Positions 40,001 through 52,645 of a stretch of 64,000 nt of DNA are shown piece by piece. The first letter of the stretch is position 1. Each line of letters starts with the position of its first letter. The stretch comes from Pocillopora damicornis (Eukaryota). The position numbers were made by a program, and so were the translations under genes. Location: positions 62,001-126,000 of the forward strand of contig NW_020844379.1 in NCBI RefSeq assembly GCF_003704095.1. Reading direction: 5' to 3'. The notes beneath the pieces are model-generated. The model had not been told where the DNA came from, did no database searches, and worked only from the letters and a program-made list of their open reading frames with translations.

Positions 40001-43000
40001 TGCTAAGAGCAAATGGAGAGTTTGTTGGCTACGGTGAGGTATGCAACAATTATTTGGTATCATTTGCATTTTATTTCCTTTTATTTTCTATACTTTACTT
40101 GGGTTTTGTCACTGCTGTAGTGTTTCTAGTTAAATACCTGAGTCATTATCTCTACAGGTAGAAAAGATGGCTAGCCTTTACAATATTCACCTAAGGACAG
40201 GCTGTTTTTGTAACATGGGGGCATGTCAGAAGTATCTGAGCCTTTCCAGTCAGCAAGTGAAGAAAAATTTGTCTGTGGGTCATGTGTGTGGGGATAATAT
40301 GGATCTCATTGATGGCAAACCCACTGGCTCTGTGAGAATCTCATTTGGTTACATGTCTAACTTTTCAGATGCAAAAGAACTTCTAACATTCATTAGAGAA
40401 TGCTTCCTGGAGGGTAATTCAAGCCGCTCTTTACCTGAAAGATCTTTAGATGCAGAGAGATCTGAACATACTGAGTTTCTTTCCAGCTCCATTTTGGTTA
40501 AGCAATCTGAAGACTTTGCTTCAAATGCAAATTTTAAAAACGTTATGGAGCGGAATTCAACAGTGGCATCAACTGTAAGTCAGAGAGGTACTCCAATTGA
40601 AATGTCTATCAGAACTCTGACACCTAATCATTGTGACATGCACACACATGTGCCTCAAGAATGTGGTGATAATCCAAATAACCATCTAGAGTTGGAAAAG
40701 ATCTGCTTGTATCCAATCAAGTCTTGTGCTGCATTTGAGGTACATGTAATGGTGTCAGTAGTTGAAATTTTTTTAGCTAACCTCTGGTAACCTACCGAAA
40801 CAACAGTTTAAAGACGGAGATTCATACCCACTGTTCTGTAAGTTCAAGGGACATCCATCCATTTAGCTTGAATTGCTTTAATTCCTCATGGAGGGATTTT
40901 GCATCAAACTGTGGATAATTACATCTAAAAAACATGCAAAAGGTGGAAGCGATATCACTCACAATCTGACAAATGTAGATATAGGAAATAACTGATTTCT
41001 CTGATATTTATACCAAATAATGCCTTTGCAGCTTTGCCCATTTTTAATGGTATTGTCTCCCTGCTTTCTTATCGAAAGTATTTACAGTAACAGCAAGTTA
41101 AGTGACATTTGTTATTCTTGTGTCAGGTACATGAGTGGGAAGTTGGTAACAGAGGATTTGTTTTTGATCGTCATTGGATGATTGTGACTGACTCTGGGGT
41201 TTGTCTGACACAGAAGAGAGAAGCAAAGATGTGTCTGATAAAACCTCTGTTGGATCTTAGAAATGGAACACTATCAGTCACAGCGACAGGTAAACAGATA
41301 GGAACTTAATGCCGATCGTGAGTAGTGGTACTGAGGTTAAATTGCATTTTGGTTGAAATATAGTATCATTTCGACAGAAAGAAAATATATATTTGCAGTG
41401 AGTAAACAGGTTGAGAGACTGGTAAAGGAGCTGCATTTGGAGCTTAACCTCCTGATAGTGTCTATGTCAATTTGTGTTCTTTTACCTGTATCTCTAACGA
41501 ATGCACATAGTTAAAACAATCGATTGCGTTTTGATGTTAAAATGATGTTTGTTTTAATTAGGAATGCCTGATCTAGTGTTACCACTGTACCTATCGTCAG
41601 GGAATGATAAAAAGGTTGCAAGATTTTGTCAAAGTAAAGTCTGTGGTGACAGGTAAATCGTAAATTTACCTCCTTTTTACTTGTTTAAGAAAATGTTTGG
41701 CGTTTTTCTCTACCATTTTTTTTATACTGCATGTGCAATGTTTTAAGCATTAATAATATCCCAAGTCTATGTAATCAAGACGAAATAAATGTCATGAACC
41801 GGCGTTCCTTCGCATGGCATTTTCGGCTTCACTCGCAGTTATTTTTTCTTTTTCTATCTGCAAAGGATGCTGTTACATTGAGCAAATTCGACTGTCTCTT
41901 TTCTTTTCTTTTCTTTGCTTTTCTTTTCTTGGTCATTATGGAAGCTCGTATGGCCTTTTGGTCGGGACCGGTTTGTCAGTGGGTATGACTGGCGTATAAT
42001 TTGACACTAGCATTTCTCCTTGATCGTTGATCCTGTTCAGTTTTCGTAGAATTTTAAAAGCAGATGGAGGACTGTCCAACTGTTTCATTCAGTGCTCTTT
42101 TGATACTCTAGGATCTCAGCTGTGGACTGCGGAGAGAACGCTGCCTCGTGGATGTCAACATTTTTTAACAGAAACTGTCGACTAATTCAACAAGACATGG
42201 ACGATAGCCGCACTTGTAAACTGGGAGGTAAATATTGATAAACTCCCGTAATCTCAACCTTCAGTAACATTACTGTGTTATCATGTTTATTTTGTGTTAT
42301 TCTTGTGATTCCTTTAAAAAACTTTGTATATTTGACGGCAAATGTTAACACATTTCCCGAACTGATTATCCCTGTTTGTGATAGGAATGAAACAGCGAGA
42401 AGATAACAGAAGTAGGTCTCTTTCTCTTGCTAATGAATCGCAGTTCCTCCTGGTGAACCGGGAAAGTGTCAGTGAACTTCTGAACAATGTTAATCAAGAC
42501 CAACCTTTAACTCCATCATCTTTGGTTACTGTGGTAAGTTTCTCATGCTACTAAATTGTTGTAGCAAATGGTGATAGTTGTTATCAATAGTAACTTGACT
42601 TGATTCCGTACTTGTTGTGCTTGCTCGCAACACCCTCAATCAGTAAAACGTGGTATTGTTGAGTGTCTACTCGTCAGGGCTGAACACCTCACGACAAAGC
42701 CATCAACTGTAGCCCTAGAGAAGAAACTCTTGTCTTCTGTTCTTGTTTCTAACGGATACCCGCCCTCATTTGTTCGAAAGAGTACAAAGACGAAACCATT
42801 TACACCCAAAGAGAAACTCACTCAAGATTTCGAATCCACTACGGTTCTACCTTATATCAAAGGTGTTTCGGAGGTTCTTCTCCACAGCGGTTCTGCCTTA
42901 TATCAAATATATATCGGAGGTTCTTTTCCACTGCGGTTCTACCTTATGTTAAAGGTGTATCGGAGATTCTTTGCCTCTGCCTACGAGAACAAGATTTACG

Positions 43001-43335
43001 TGTAGTCCTAAAATCAGACACGACACCCAGCTCATCCCAATAACATCAATAGGGATCACGGCGTGGATGACCATGGATCTCATTTGCTGATTAAAAGCAG
43101 TATTATGGTCAAAACCATGGAATATATTTTGTAGATAAAAACGACCTCGGTAAGGAAGGTAAGTGTGAACTCGCAGTGCAGACGTCTCAGGAAAAGGGCT
43201 ATATCTATCTCAAACTAAAAATTACTAAGTAATTTACGCTCGAAACATCAGCCTTTTTACCCTTTACGGTGGCCAATTTACGTTTTCAACTCAGTTGTTA
43301 GCACTAAATTACCTGCTATACTCTCCCACCGACGT

Positions 43336-43369
<34 letters not shown>

Positions 43370-44647
43370 AAAAATCACTAACACGAAATGGATATCCCAG
43401 CCAACGGCCGGGTTGTCCTTCAGTGCACTGTCCTCTCTCTTGATGTTATCTTGATGTTATCTTGCACCTCCAGGTGGAAAAACAAGCCAAAAGGTTTAGA
43501 CCCAATTTAATTGTAGCTGGTGGAGAGGCGTTCAGGGAAGACTACTGGAAAACTGTGAAAATTGGAAATTTGGTTTTCGAGGTGGGCGAATCTGTATGGT
43601 TTTGGTTTTACACTAGTTTTCAAAGAGTTATTCTTTTTATCTTCGTCGTTATAGCACTATGTTTGGCTTATTGTTCTTTATCAATATTCAATCCCCGGAC
43701 TGCCGTGAATGAGGTCAAGAGGAGGTCGAGGGTTCATGCCCCGATCAGACCAACACTTTGGGTCTTTATGTAAGCCGGGAGGATGTGTTCTGTAAATAGT
43801 TCGGACGATTTAGTTTTCTCGAATATTGAATGATTCTAGCAAGTATATATCTTTCTTTAATATGCGATGTAGTCCAATCTTCGCCTGTGTCCCAGCAAGT
43901 TCACATGAGCATATAGCTGCTAAATTACTGCCTAAATAAAACAAATAATCAAACAAATAAAGTGGGACATATTTGACAGAAAACAGAAATGAATCGTGGA
44001 TTGTTAAATTTCCGAGTGGTTTGTTATTGTTTAGTTCTAATTACTGTAATCCTCAGAACAAAGGAAAGTGTAACCGGTGCCAAATGGTGTGTATTGACCA
44101 AGAAACTGGAGTCAGGAGCGTTGAACCATTGAAAACACTTGGGAAGATACGAGGATCAAAGGTGTGTGTTGGAAAAAAAAAAATTATTTAACGCGAATTC
44201 GATGCGCCGAATTCCCCCCTCCAACCCCCCATATTCATACAGCACTTCATATGTTCTACTTGTAATCACTCAGCAAATTTTAATGACTCCCCATGCAATT
44301 CCCGGAATTTGACTCCATATGGTCTTATTACTATAACCGATACGCTTGCCGGCAGTATCCATGATTTCGTCTCAGAAAGTCTCCAAAGACGATTTTCGCT
44401 CTCGCGCAAAAAGTTGGCGTTAAATGTTGTGTGTGATGTTTGCCTACAAAGATGATCAGTTTGTTGAAGCCTAACTTGATGTTATCATTACTGATGAATG
44501 TGACGCTTTGAATAAGGATAACGCCAGTAAGTTTCGTTACTTTTTCTTTTTCAGATGCCTTTTGGAGTTCACTTGGAACATGTTTCAAACGTACAGCAAA
44601 ATCCAGCCATTCTTCATTGCGGTGATCTTGTTACTGTTAGCCGTTAG
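37089..44647 (+). CDS. MOCOS: Molybdenum cofactor sulfurase (MOCOS/ABA3/ma-l), 11 coding exons
   Basis: Exons about 37089-37200, 37912-38776, 39762-40038, 40158-40739, 41127-41289, 41562-41652, 42112-42227, 42385-42533, 43474-43581, 44057-44161, 44555-44647. Motifs: YLDHAG, YGNPHS, IFTSGATAALKL, SFYKMFGFPTGLG (PLP Lys), RFEDGT, LRTGCFCNMGAC (persulfide Cys); MOSC domain LYPIKSC, FDRHWMIV, SLANESQFLL, RFRPNL, CNRCQMVCIDQ. Confidence 0.97.
37592..37631. repeat. Near-perfect 40-bp inverted repeat, probably a collapsed Tc1/mariner-type MITE
   Basis: acctctccacaatgacccc-tg-ggggtcattgttgagaggt: 19-bp arms with one mismatch, preceded by a cagtcaaacctc TIR-like end. Confidence 0.7.
42636..43030 (+). 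mobile_element. Penelope-like retroelement fragment (RT C-terminus/linker) with a 46-bp triplication, in MOCOS intron 8
   Basis: SVKRGIVECL..RAEHL..SSVLVSNGYPPSFV..STTVLPYIKGVSEVL..LREQDLRVVLKSDTT has the NGYP and LPY..G.SE motifs typical of Penelope elements. 46-bp units start at 42835, 42881 and 42927. Confidence 0.8.
43693..43830 (+). mobile_element. Degenerate tRNA-derived SINE in MOCOS intron 9
   Basis: ggaggtcgagggttcatgccccg (variable loop and B-box-like T-arm) followed by gaccaacactttgggtcttta, a SINE body recalled from anthozoan genomes and not searched. Confidence 0.5.
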
Positions 44648-45221
44648 CTCCTGACCTCAACAGCTTCGAACTGATCGACACTAATTTAAAATAGATCAAG
44701 CTTTGGTGTGATGATCAAAGTCGTCGATCAATTTTTTCAAAATAAATCTCGTGATTTTGAAATCGCCGTGGAAAAGTTACAGAATTTTCTTTGGATTCAA
44801 ATCAAACATTGTAGTAAACCATGCCTGATAAACAAATCCTATACAGTGAAAGAGAATCAACAACAAGAAAAACAACAATGACACCACCAACAACATTAAT
44901 GTCAGTAGTTGAGAAAAATTACGCCATAAACTTCTCCCATAATTGACGCAGTTTGTGCCGTCTCCAAGCCAGCGGATAAGAGCGTAGCTGCTGAAATTAT
45001 ATTATTGTTGGCAGAAAACTTACAGATAAACAAACGAGAGCTTCGCCTAAATCACACAAACAATCCTGAAAACTTATTGCCACGGTTTGTGAATGAACAA
45101 CACGAATCACGAAATTTCAAGGCTGTGAAATTGATATTTTCAAAAGTAATAATGATTGACTTTATTGCAGAAGTATACTTGCAATATCAGTTAGTGTTTA
45201 AGCATGACACTGTTTTGTTTA

Positions 45222-46289
45222 TTACCAATGAAAATCTCTTCCTACTTCTTTATAAAACTCCTCATTGTACGGCCGAAAGTAGTCTTCCAAAAGTTTGCGA
45301 ATGTCACTTCTAATAGAAGGGTGAGGTCTTCCTTTACTCTCAGACAAACAACCTGAATTCTCTTTTTTCAACTTGAAAGACCTACTAATACAGGGAAAAC
45401 GTTTGGTTTGATTAATGTAGAAGTTTTCCTTCTTAATAAAGGGTTCGATGTTAAGAAACTTCTCCACAGCTTGCAGTTCCTTGGCTGGGTTAGTAATCAA
45501 ATCATCTCCGTTGACGAAGTGAAGCTGTGAGATTGGGAAATATTTTAACCAATTTCGTAAATGTTTTACGTAAACACCAATTCTTATTAAACCGATGGAA
45601 GTTCTCAGAACCTTTCCTGTTTTATCATTCGTTACATATCTTTCAAACGGCGGTAGAACGCCATGTCTTCTGTGTGTAACCTGCACATAATCCGAAATTG
45701 CCCTCTCGACGGGATTACGTACTATCGCAATGAGCTTGACGCTCTTCGACATCTTATAAACCCTCTGAGGAACCTTATCCCTCACAAAGTAAGCTGGCGT
45801 TTTCTCAACAGTGATGTCACCTTTGTATGACTCTGGCATTTGTTCCCTATACCAGTCCAGTCCCAACTCATAGTTCTTATCGGTATCAAAGAAATGCACT
45901 TCCCATGGGCACGCCTTAATTTTTGGGTGGATTTTAAGAAACTCCAGCAGAGCTCTCGTACCTCCTTTCTTGACGCCTATAATTATAGCATTTGGGAGAC
46001 GTTTTTGTTCAATATGTTTGCTCCTTCCTTTGGAGACGCGTTCATTCCATTGTTCTGTATTCTTTCCTATTGCACTTGAAGACAAACGTCTAGCAGGGTC
46101 ATCATATTCCAATGACATGGAATTGTTTACATAGCTGTTCACTTCAAATAAGTCATCTCCACCTTTGAAATCCCTGCTTGCAAACCGCGTTTTAGGTTCC
46201 CTCAATAAAATACTGTACAAGCAACACAAAAGCAGTCCGGTAAGGGGGAGGCAAATGCAGACCTTTTTCCCGTCTAAACACACTGCCAT
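45222..46289 (-). CDS. HS3ST: Heparan sulfate glucosamine 3-O-sulfotransferase, single coding exon, type II membrane protein of about 355 aa
   Basis: 5'-PSB LPNAIIIGVKKGGTRALLEFL, EVHFFD, WYREQMP, EKTPAYF, 3'-PB VRNPVERAISDY, CLSESKGRPHP. True start is probably ATG 46289 (MAVCLDGKKVCICLPLTGLLLCCLYSILL signal anchor). Splice acceptor near 46330; candidate 5'UTR donor near 48978. Confidence 0.95.
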   Translation of the reverse strand: MAVCLDGKKVCICLPLTGLLLCCLYSILLREPKTRFASRDFKGGDDLFEVNSYVNNSMSLEYDDPARRLSSSAIGKNTEQWNERVSKGRSKHIEQKRLPNAIIIGVKKGGTRALLEFLKIHPKIKACPWEVHFFDTDKNYELGLDWYREQMPESYKGDITVEKTPAYFVRDKVPQRVYKMSKSVKLIAIVRNPVERAISDYVQVTHRRHGVLPPFERYVTNDKTGKVLRTSIGLIRIGVYVKHLRNWLKYFPISQLHFVNGDDLITNPAKELQAVEKFLNIEPFIKKENFYINQTKRFPCISRSFKLKKENSGCLSESKGRPHPSIRSDIRKLLEDYFRPYNEEFYKEVGRDFHW

Positions 46290-49200
46290 GCGATAATAAC
46301 ACTTGGGCTGGTTTGCACAGATTGCGTACCTGAATAAAAAAGGGAATGACATTCAGTCGGCAGAAGACGATAGCTTCTGTTTTCACATGTGGTACTAAAG
46401 ACCTATCATAGGTGACAATGGCCGAGGATTCGAGAGCAGCGCCAACTTACAGCATGTACTGTATTAAATTTAGCAGAGACAACCAGTTCAGAAAAAACGA
46501 TTCAAAATTTCCACGGCCATTTGATATAGTATGCTCTTTGTTTTAACCATCACTTACAGGCGACTTAAGCAAGATAAAATCAAGGCGTAGCTTTTACTGT
46601 CTTGAATTCCTGTCTTTCAAAGCCGGATAGGCCTATGGACTGCTTCGTCCTGAAACTTGGGGCTGAGAGAGCGAATCAAGAAGAACAATTCCGTTTTAAT
46701 TTCCCGAGCGTTCGGCTTTTCTACACTGTTCATTGGTTGCCCACATACACAGCTAATGCTCTTCACACTAGAACTGTGAAGTATCGACGACGCTCTGCTT
46801 TCTAACTGGTCGATCGTACCACATCGTATCGCGCGGAAACTTGTTGTAATGGACTCATGCAAAGTAAGGTGTATCCCCAGAGACGATTTTGGGCTTTCCA
46901 GTTAATATTTGTGTCGGTGCTTCTTTCACTTGTCAAATTATAGACGGACGACACTAAGCTCACGGACAGCGAACGAAAGTTTCTGACTGTACAAACCCAC
47001 AGCTAGCAGATTTGTTTCAACGCACAGAACAGCCAAATACCCGGCAACTTAAGTTCAAGGACAGGGATTTTTGACCGCGCGAGATCTAGGTGAGAACACA
47101 GTATTAACATACAAAACAAACATGGCGACTCGATACGATCGCACAATTATCAGGGTTCTCACTAGATTTTTAAGTAGGAGGTGACCACTGATAAAGTAGG
47201 AGGCCTCGTTACCATGTTTCACCGTGAACGCCTGGACTCATCGATCGAGTCCAGAACCGTAAGCAAGTTTCCCGGTTTTGTTTGGATCACAGTCGTGCAA
47301 GAAACGGAAGAGAAATTCGGAAACAACTCAAGCAAACTGGCAGAACAAAACAAAGAAAAGAAAAGCGACTTAAACACAAAGTAAGCGGCGATCAATCGCC
47401 GGGTGCCGCCTTCTATTGAGAACCCTGATTATTACCTGAAAAGGTGCGTTAAAAAAGTTTAACACAACACAGTTTTAATGCGTTGGAATCCAGCAACTGC
47501 ACCCGTAATATTCATAGGCCTTGTATGCCTGAAAAAGAGGTCAACCGACCGTTTAACATATCTGTACCTTTCCTAATATTTACTACAGCAAACGATAGTC
47601 CGAACCTTGCTCATCGCCTTTTGATGGCTTATAGTGACCTTGAAAAGCGGAAACATAAAAATTTCAAGAAAAACATTACACTGGCGTGTGCGCCAACCTG
47701 ACATTGGGCAAAAACCCTATGGAGCCTCCTCAAGACGGACGAGTCTGTACAACAATGCGTTTTGACATTCGATCTGCTATAAAGTTAAACCTTACACCTT
47801 TCATGTTTTTGTTCTAACCAGATAAATTTCGAGGAGTATAATCAACCTTTAGGAGTGAATATATATTTTTTTTAACATGGAACTGAAACATATAAAATTT
47901 TTGCGAGGGAGATTGTTGATGAGGAATAAAATAGATCGTATAATCTTGCAACGAGCTGCCTTTGATTAAAAAGCTGCGGTAAACCTTCGTCAGCCATATA
48001 TCACAAATCGAAAAAAACGCTCCTAAATACGAAATGTTTAGTTTCTAAAGACCCAATCACGAGATTTGTTTATAATTGTTTTTAAGTCAATGTCTGAAAA
48101 TAAAAATAATCCGTCTGAAGACAAACATGAAATAGATATACGAATATTATACTCGGTAGCAGCTGGAATATCTTCCTTATGACGTGGATCATCGTGAAAA
48201 TCAAAATCCAAGTTATCATAAAATTTCAAAAATAAACTTTCTGGAAACTGAAAATTTAATTGTGGCGAATAACGTGGCACAGAACGATTTGCCAAAACTG
48301 ACAGTCATTTGAGGGCTGAGAACGAAATCCATTTGGCATCGGGAACATTTCAAATGCTTAAGTCTTCCTTCTATGTTTCCGGAAATTTGCCCCAAAACTG
48401 CTCGTGCAGTTCTTTTTCGTAATTTTCAATTGCATGTAATAGCATTAACATGCTTCGGAGCAAACAGAAAGGTAGCAACAATGCGCGTTGCGGGTCAAAT
48501 TTTATTTAAATAAGCCGTAACACGCGACCTCTATACATCAACAACTCAACGAAAATAATCTTTCGCGCAAGAAAAGATTTAAGAAAATAAATGAACTATG
48601 ACGGATGTATTCTAAAATAACAATTATGTACAAAAGCGGTTCATCAAGCTTAGTTTATGGTCGAGACAAGCTGAAACTGAACATTATTCCGTTCCGAACA
48701 AAATATCTCTCAAGAAAGCGGGTGCGCAACAAAATACTTGTATGTCCTATGTCTCTCACTCCTGTCGCTGCATAGAAGGGTTTGTTGATCAGCAACAATG
48801 CTACTTTTGGGAGAAATGGGACGTAAAAACGTTGAAGACCAGCGAGAAAGCGGTTAAGATCAATATTTTCGAGTTGCAGATGATCCTCACATAAACTAAA
48901 TTCATATTGCATACATCATTCGTTTGTAAGAATTAACTACATGGCAAGGGTAAAAAAAAAGACAAACTAGACACTTACCTCTTCAAATTTATGATTTTTC
49001 CAACAGGCCTTCGCCAGATATATCCGGTTTTCTTCTCGCTACACGTATTTCGTCGTAAAGTCGTTGTCCTCAAACGAAACCTAACACCACGAATTTGATA
49101 AGTAACACAAGATGATACGTGACGCGTCAAGAATTCATATCTTATTTCAAACAATTCCTGTGGTGTTTTTTCAAATCACGTAGCCTCGAGTGTTTTTTTT

Positions 49201-49548
49201 GTCCCAAACTCCTTGCAACCTCACTGATGGACACCTCAAGCACACACAAAATGGAAACATAAGCAGATTCTTCAAAATCCCACCTCATAAATTAAAATTT
49301 TATAGATTAAAAGGTGCAAACAGTTTGTGATGGCTCCCTGAGGGAACAATTCTGTTCATTTTTAAAATCTCCGTGTAAAATCTGGTGTAATCCTTATAGT
49401 CCCCTACCCCCCTGGTGGTTCCTTCCGGACCCATCACTCCAGCCCCAAACATTTCGTCGTTTTGCCTGCCTCCAAGATAGTGTGTAATTTTAATAAATCA
49501 ATGATCCAGACGGGACCAGAAAATCTTATGTGTATTAGGTGTATCGTT

Positions 49549-49957
49549 CCGTATTTATTTGATAAAACGCCACCCTCGAATAAACGCCGCATCATCATGC
49601 GGCGCTTAGTCGAATAAAAGACACAAAAAGCACACAGTGATTATTTCTTCGATCGCAGTTTGAAATTTGAGTGAACCAGACACAACTTCTTTTGAATGTC
49701 GAGAAAGCATATCCGACATAGGATCTTTATTCAATTTATGTATTGCAGTAGTATTAACATGCAAATTGTGAAATTGAGAGCAATATAAAAAATTAGTTTT
49801 GAGACAAGCACCAAAACATGTTCCTGTTTTTCAAAATGAAAATGGTCAGTTTGCAAGAAATAAATTGAATTTTAAATGAAGCCACCGTCGAATAAACGCC
49901 GCACTCGAATGACGAAAAATTTAATAAACGCTGCGACGTTTAATCAAATAAATACGG
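49549..49957. mobile_element. MITE (Tc1/mariner/pogo-type) with about 21-bp TIRs
   Basis: Left end ccgtatttatttgataaaacg; right end cgtttaatcaaataaatacgg followed by TA; internal repeats of cgaataaacgccgc. Confidence 0.8.
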
Positions 49958-50479
49958 TATGCATCGTCTGCTGTGATGTATTATCACCTTGCCAATCACA
50001 AACCTTTGCAACTTTCTCTGATGCTACTGTGAACAAGATTCGCGGCGATCAACTACCGCAGCACTTAGTTTTACAAAATAGCCTGTATCAGGCGTTCAGC
50101 GGAAGTAAAACGAAGCACTATAGTACGTCATAGGAAAAGGATTACTTATCGGTAGAGATTCAAACATTTGTAGGGGTAATGTGATAGACCCTTAGGTATA
50201 CCGGTTAATACATTTTGTGAACGTTTCAGTGGAGAAATAGAAAGTGGTCTCTTGCTTTAACTAGGACTTAAAAAGAGGGTCCAACGTGGGTTTGGCGGGA
50301 TGCGGGATGAGGCTTAAAGTGGAGGCGGGATATGAGATATGCTTCGTTTCGAAGGCGGGATAGGGGACAGGACGGGTGCTATCGGGATCATATTTTAGCT
50401 AGAGTTGCGAGTCACACTGTCTCAGGGACATTAAAAAGTATTTATTTGCTTTAAAAACGAGGTTTATTAATGTTCCCGT

Positions 50480-51430
50480 GTAATTTGGAGTTTATAGGCC
50501 TAAATGACTTCGTAGTACGTCCAGTCTGTACTTGTTACGTGTGTTTACACGGCTCCATGGCATGTTCGGTTTCTCGCCTTTGTTATAATTTTGCTCTCAC
50601 GAGTATTAGTGAACGCTTCTTTCTGTATGATATTATAGGCGGTTCTTTGAAGATTTCTCCTAGAAATGGTTGTTGCTGCATTAAATGCCACTTGCTCATA
50701 AGGACTTCTTTAGGGTTTGGAACTGTTGGGTAGTACTGTGTGACAAAGGGCAAGATTCGATTGTTTATTTTTCCCTGTTAGAGGACGACCCGTTTACTTC
50801 CTTCAAATTTCACCTTTACGAGTGGGTTGTCAATGAAAAAATCCGGGTAGCCTCTCTATGCCAGTTACGATTTGAACTGAAATACAAATCATAACTAGCA
50901 GAGAGAGGCCTGGCTGTAAAAGCTTTTCTTTTGAAGCCTTTCTCTGCTCCCGGTGGGTGAAATATTGTGTAGAAAGTGTCCTGGAATACCTCTGTTGGTT
51001 TGAAGAGGATTCTCACGTCTAATACTAACTCCCTTTTGAATCTTTTGCCCCTATAGAAAGTGGCGTCTAAGGAAGTAGCTTCTGAAACAGATATTTCAGC
51101 CGTAAATTTGATTGTTGGGTGGTATTCATTTGCCTGTTCATTGAACTGGTTGACGACACCTCTACTGGTGTGTAAGAGAGAGATTATGTCTTCGATGTAG
51201 CGTTTCCAAACAAGCAGTTTGTAAGTGCCTTTATTTAGGATTTGCAAAATCTAGTACCATTTGCTGCCCATGGTTTTCTCCAGTAAGCGCTTTGAAATTG
51301 GGAGGGGGGGGAGGTATATTTGTGTGTAAGCTCGTAACGTCCATTATAACGAGTATCACTTCTTTCGGAATCCTTTTTTTTTTTATGAAGTTGATGAAGT
51401 CTGTTGCATCTTTGAGATTCATGAGACTTC
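50480..51430 (-). mobile_element. Decayed Penelope-like element reverse transcriptase
   Basis: LKDATDFINFI..MDVTSLHTNIP, WKRYIEDI (YIDD mutated), HPTIKFTAEIS, LDVRILFKPTE..HPPG, LPFVTQY..LVRAKL*, with frameshifts and deletions. Confidence 0.88.
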
Positions 51431-52279
51431 AGTTGTGGTGGCGATCGGCTGAAGGATTTAATCTATGTAACAGGATTGCTTTGCTGCTATTATTGAAGAG
51501 CACTTACTTCCTTTCATAGGTTGGTAATAATTTTGCATTGAGTAGTTTTTATTATTTTTATAAATTATACACCTTAGATAAGGCGTCTCTGACCTTTTCT
51601 AATCCTATCCTATTTCAAGGTATATTGCAGTGGGGCTGCAAGTTAACCAAAAATATTTCTCGTTTCACCTTCAATAATTAAACTTGGTTTTTAGTATTAC
51701 ATGTTTTATTAATCTTACTATTGTTGACCTAATTTTCATCATTATTCCTATCATTAATTGTGATTATTACTATCACCATTATTATATTGCTTGTATTACT
51801 CGTTTATCTCACTTATCAATTGTTGTTTTTTTTTTTTTAATTTCATTGATTTGCTTCCATACGTCTTCTCCAGTTGATATTCACTTGGTCTTCTCTTATT
51901 ACTGTAAGACCCTCCAAGAGCACCCGCGCGCGATCACGGGTATTACATATTATAAGCAAGAGATTATAAATTGAATCTTTTGTGCCAAGAGATTCAGTTT
52001 ATAATATCTTCATGTAATATTGTTCTTGCCTTCCACATTCCAGCGATTTCTATTTCCAAGTCTTTGAACTCTAAAAGTTTCCTGATGTTTTGGTGGAAGA
52101 AATCATGTCTCTTTCTTTTTTATAACAATGTGTAAACGGTTTACTCTATCTAAAATTTAACCCATACTTCACACTTAAACCGTACGTCACGTTTAGCATC
52201 TCGAGAACCTATTGACCGATTTCTAAGACTAACATACCAATAAACAGCCTTTTTCATTCTAAATGTTATGTCAGCACTT

Positions 52280-52645
52280 CTCCGACAACATTAGACACAG
52301 CAAGATATTTTTTGAAGCTGAGACTGGCGTGAGACAAGGTGGTACGATGTAGTCTCTCCTTTTCAATTTGGCTATCGACTGGGTCATGAGACAGGCAACA
52401 AGAGAAACAAATGGAATAGAGTAGTCCCTTTTCAGCATGCTTGAAGATCTGGATTTTGCTGATGACTTAGCACACGCAGGGTCGGATCCAGAGCAAAACC
52501 AAGCAGCTCAACAAATATGTGAATCAACTTGGCTTCAAGATCGTCCTGAAGAAAATTGAAGTCATGACTCTAAATGTATCCAGTCCATAATCTATTAAGA
52601 TTGATGATCAAGCATTAGGAATCCTTCACCTACCTTGGTAGTGTT
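52280..52645 (+). mobile_element. RTE-like LINE reverse transcriptase fragment
   Basis: FEAETGVRQGGTM*SLLFNLAIDWVMR..LEDLDFADDLA..LGFKI..KKIEVM..SFTYLGSV, with in-frame stops. Confidence 0.85.

Noticed and set aside
37089-46289. MOCOS plus HS3ST as a sulfur-metabolism gene cluster
   Set aside because: Unrelated chemistry (cysteine persulfide versus PAPS), convergent orientation and different CpG profiles; adjacency is probably incidental.
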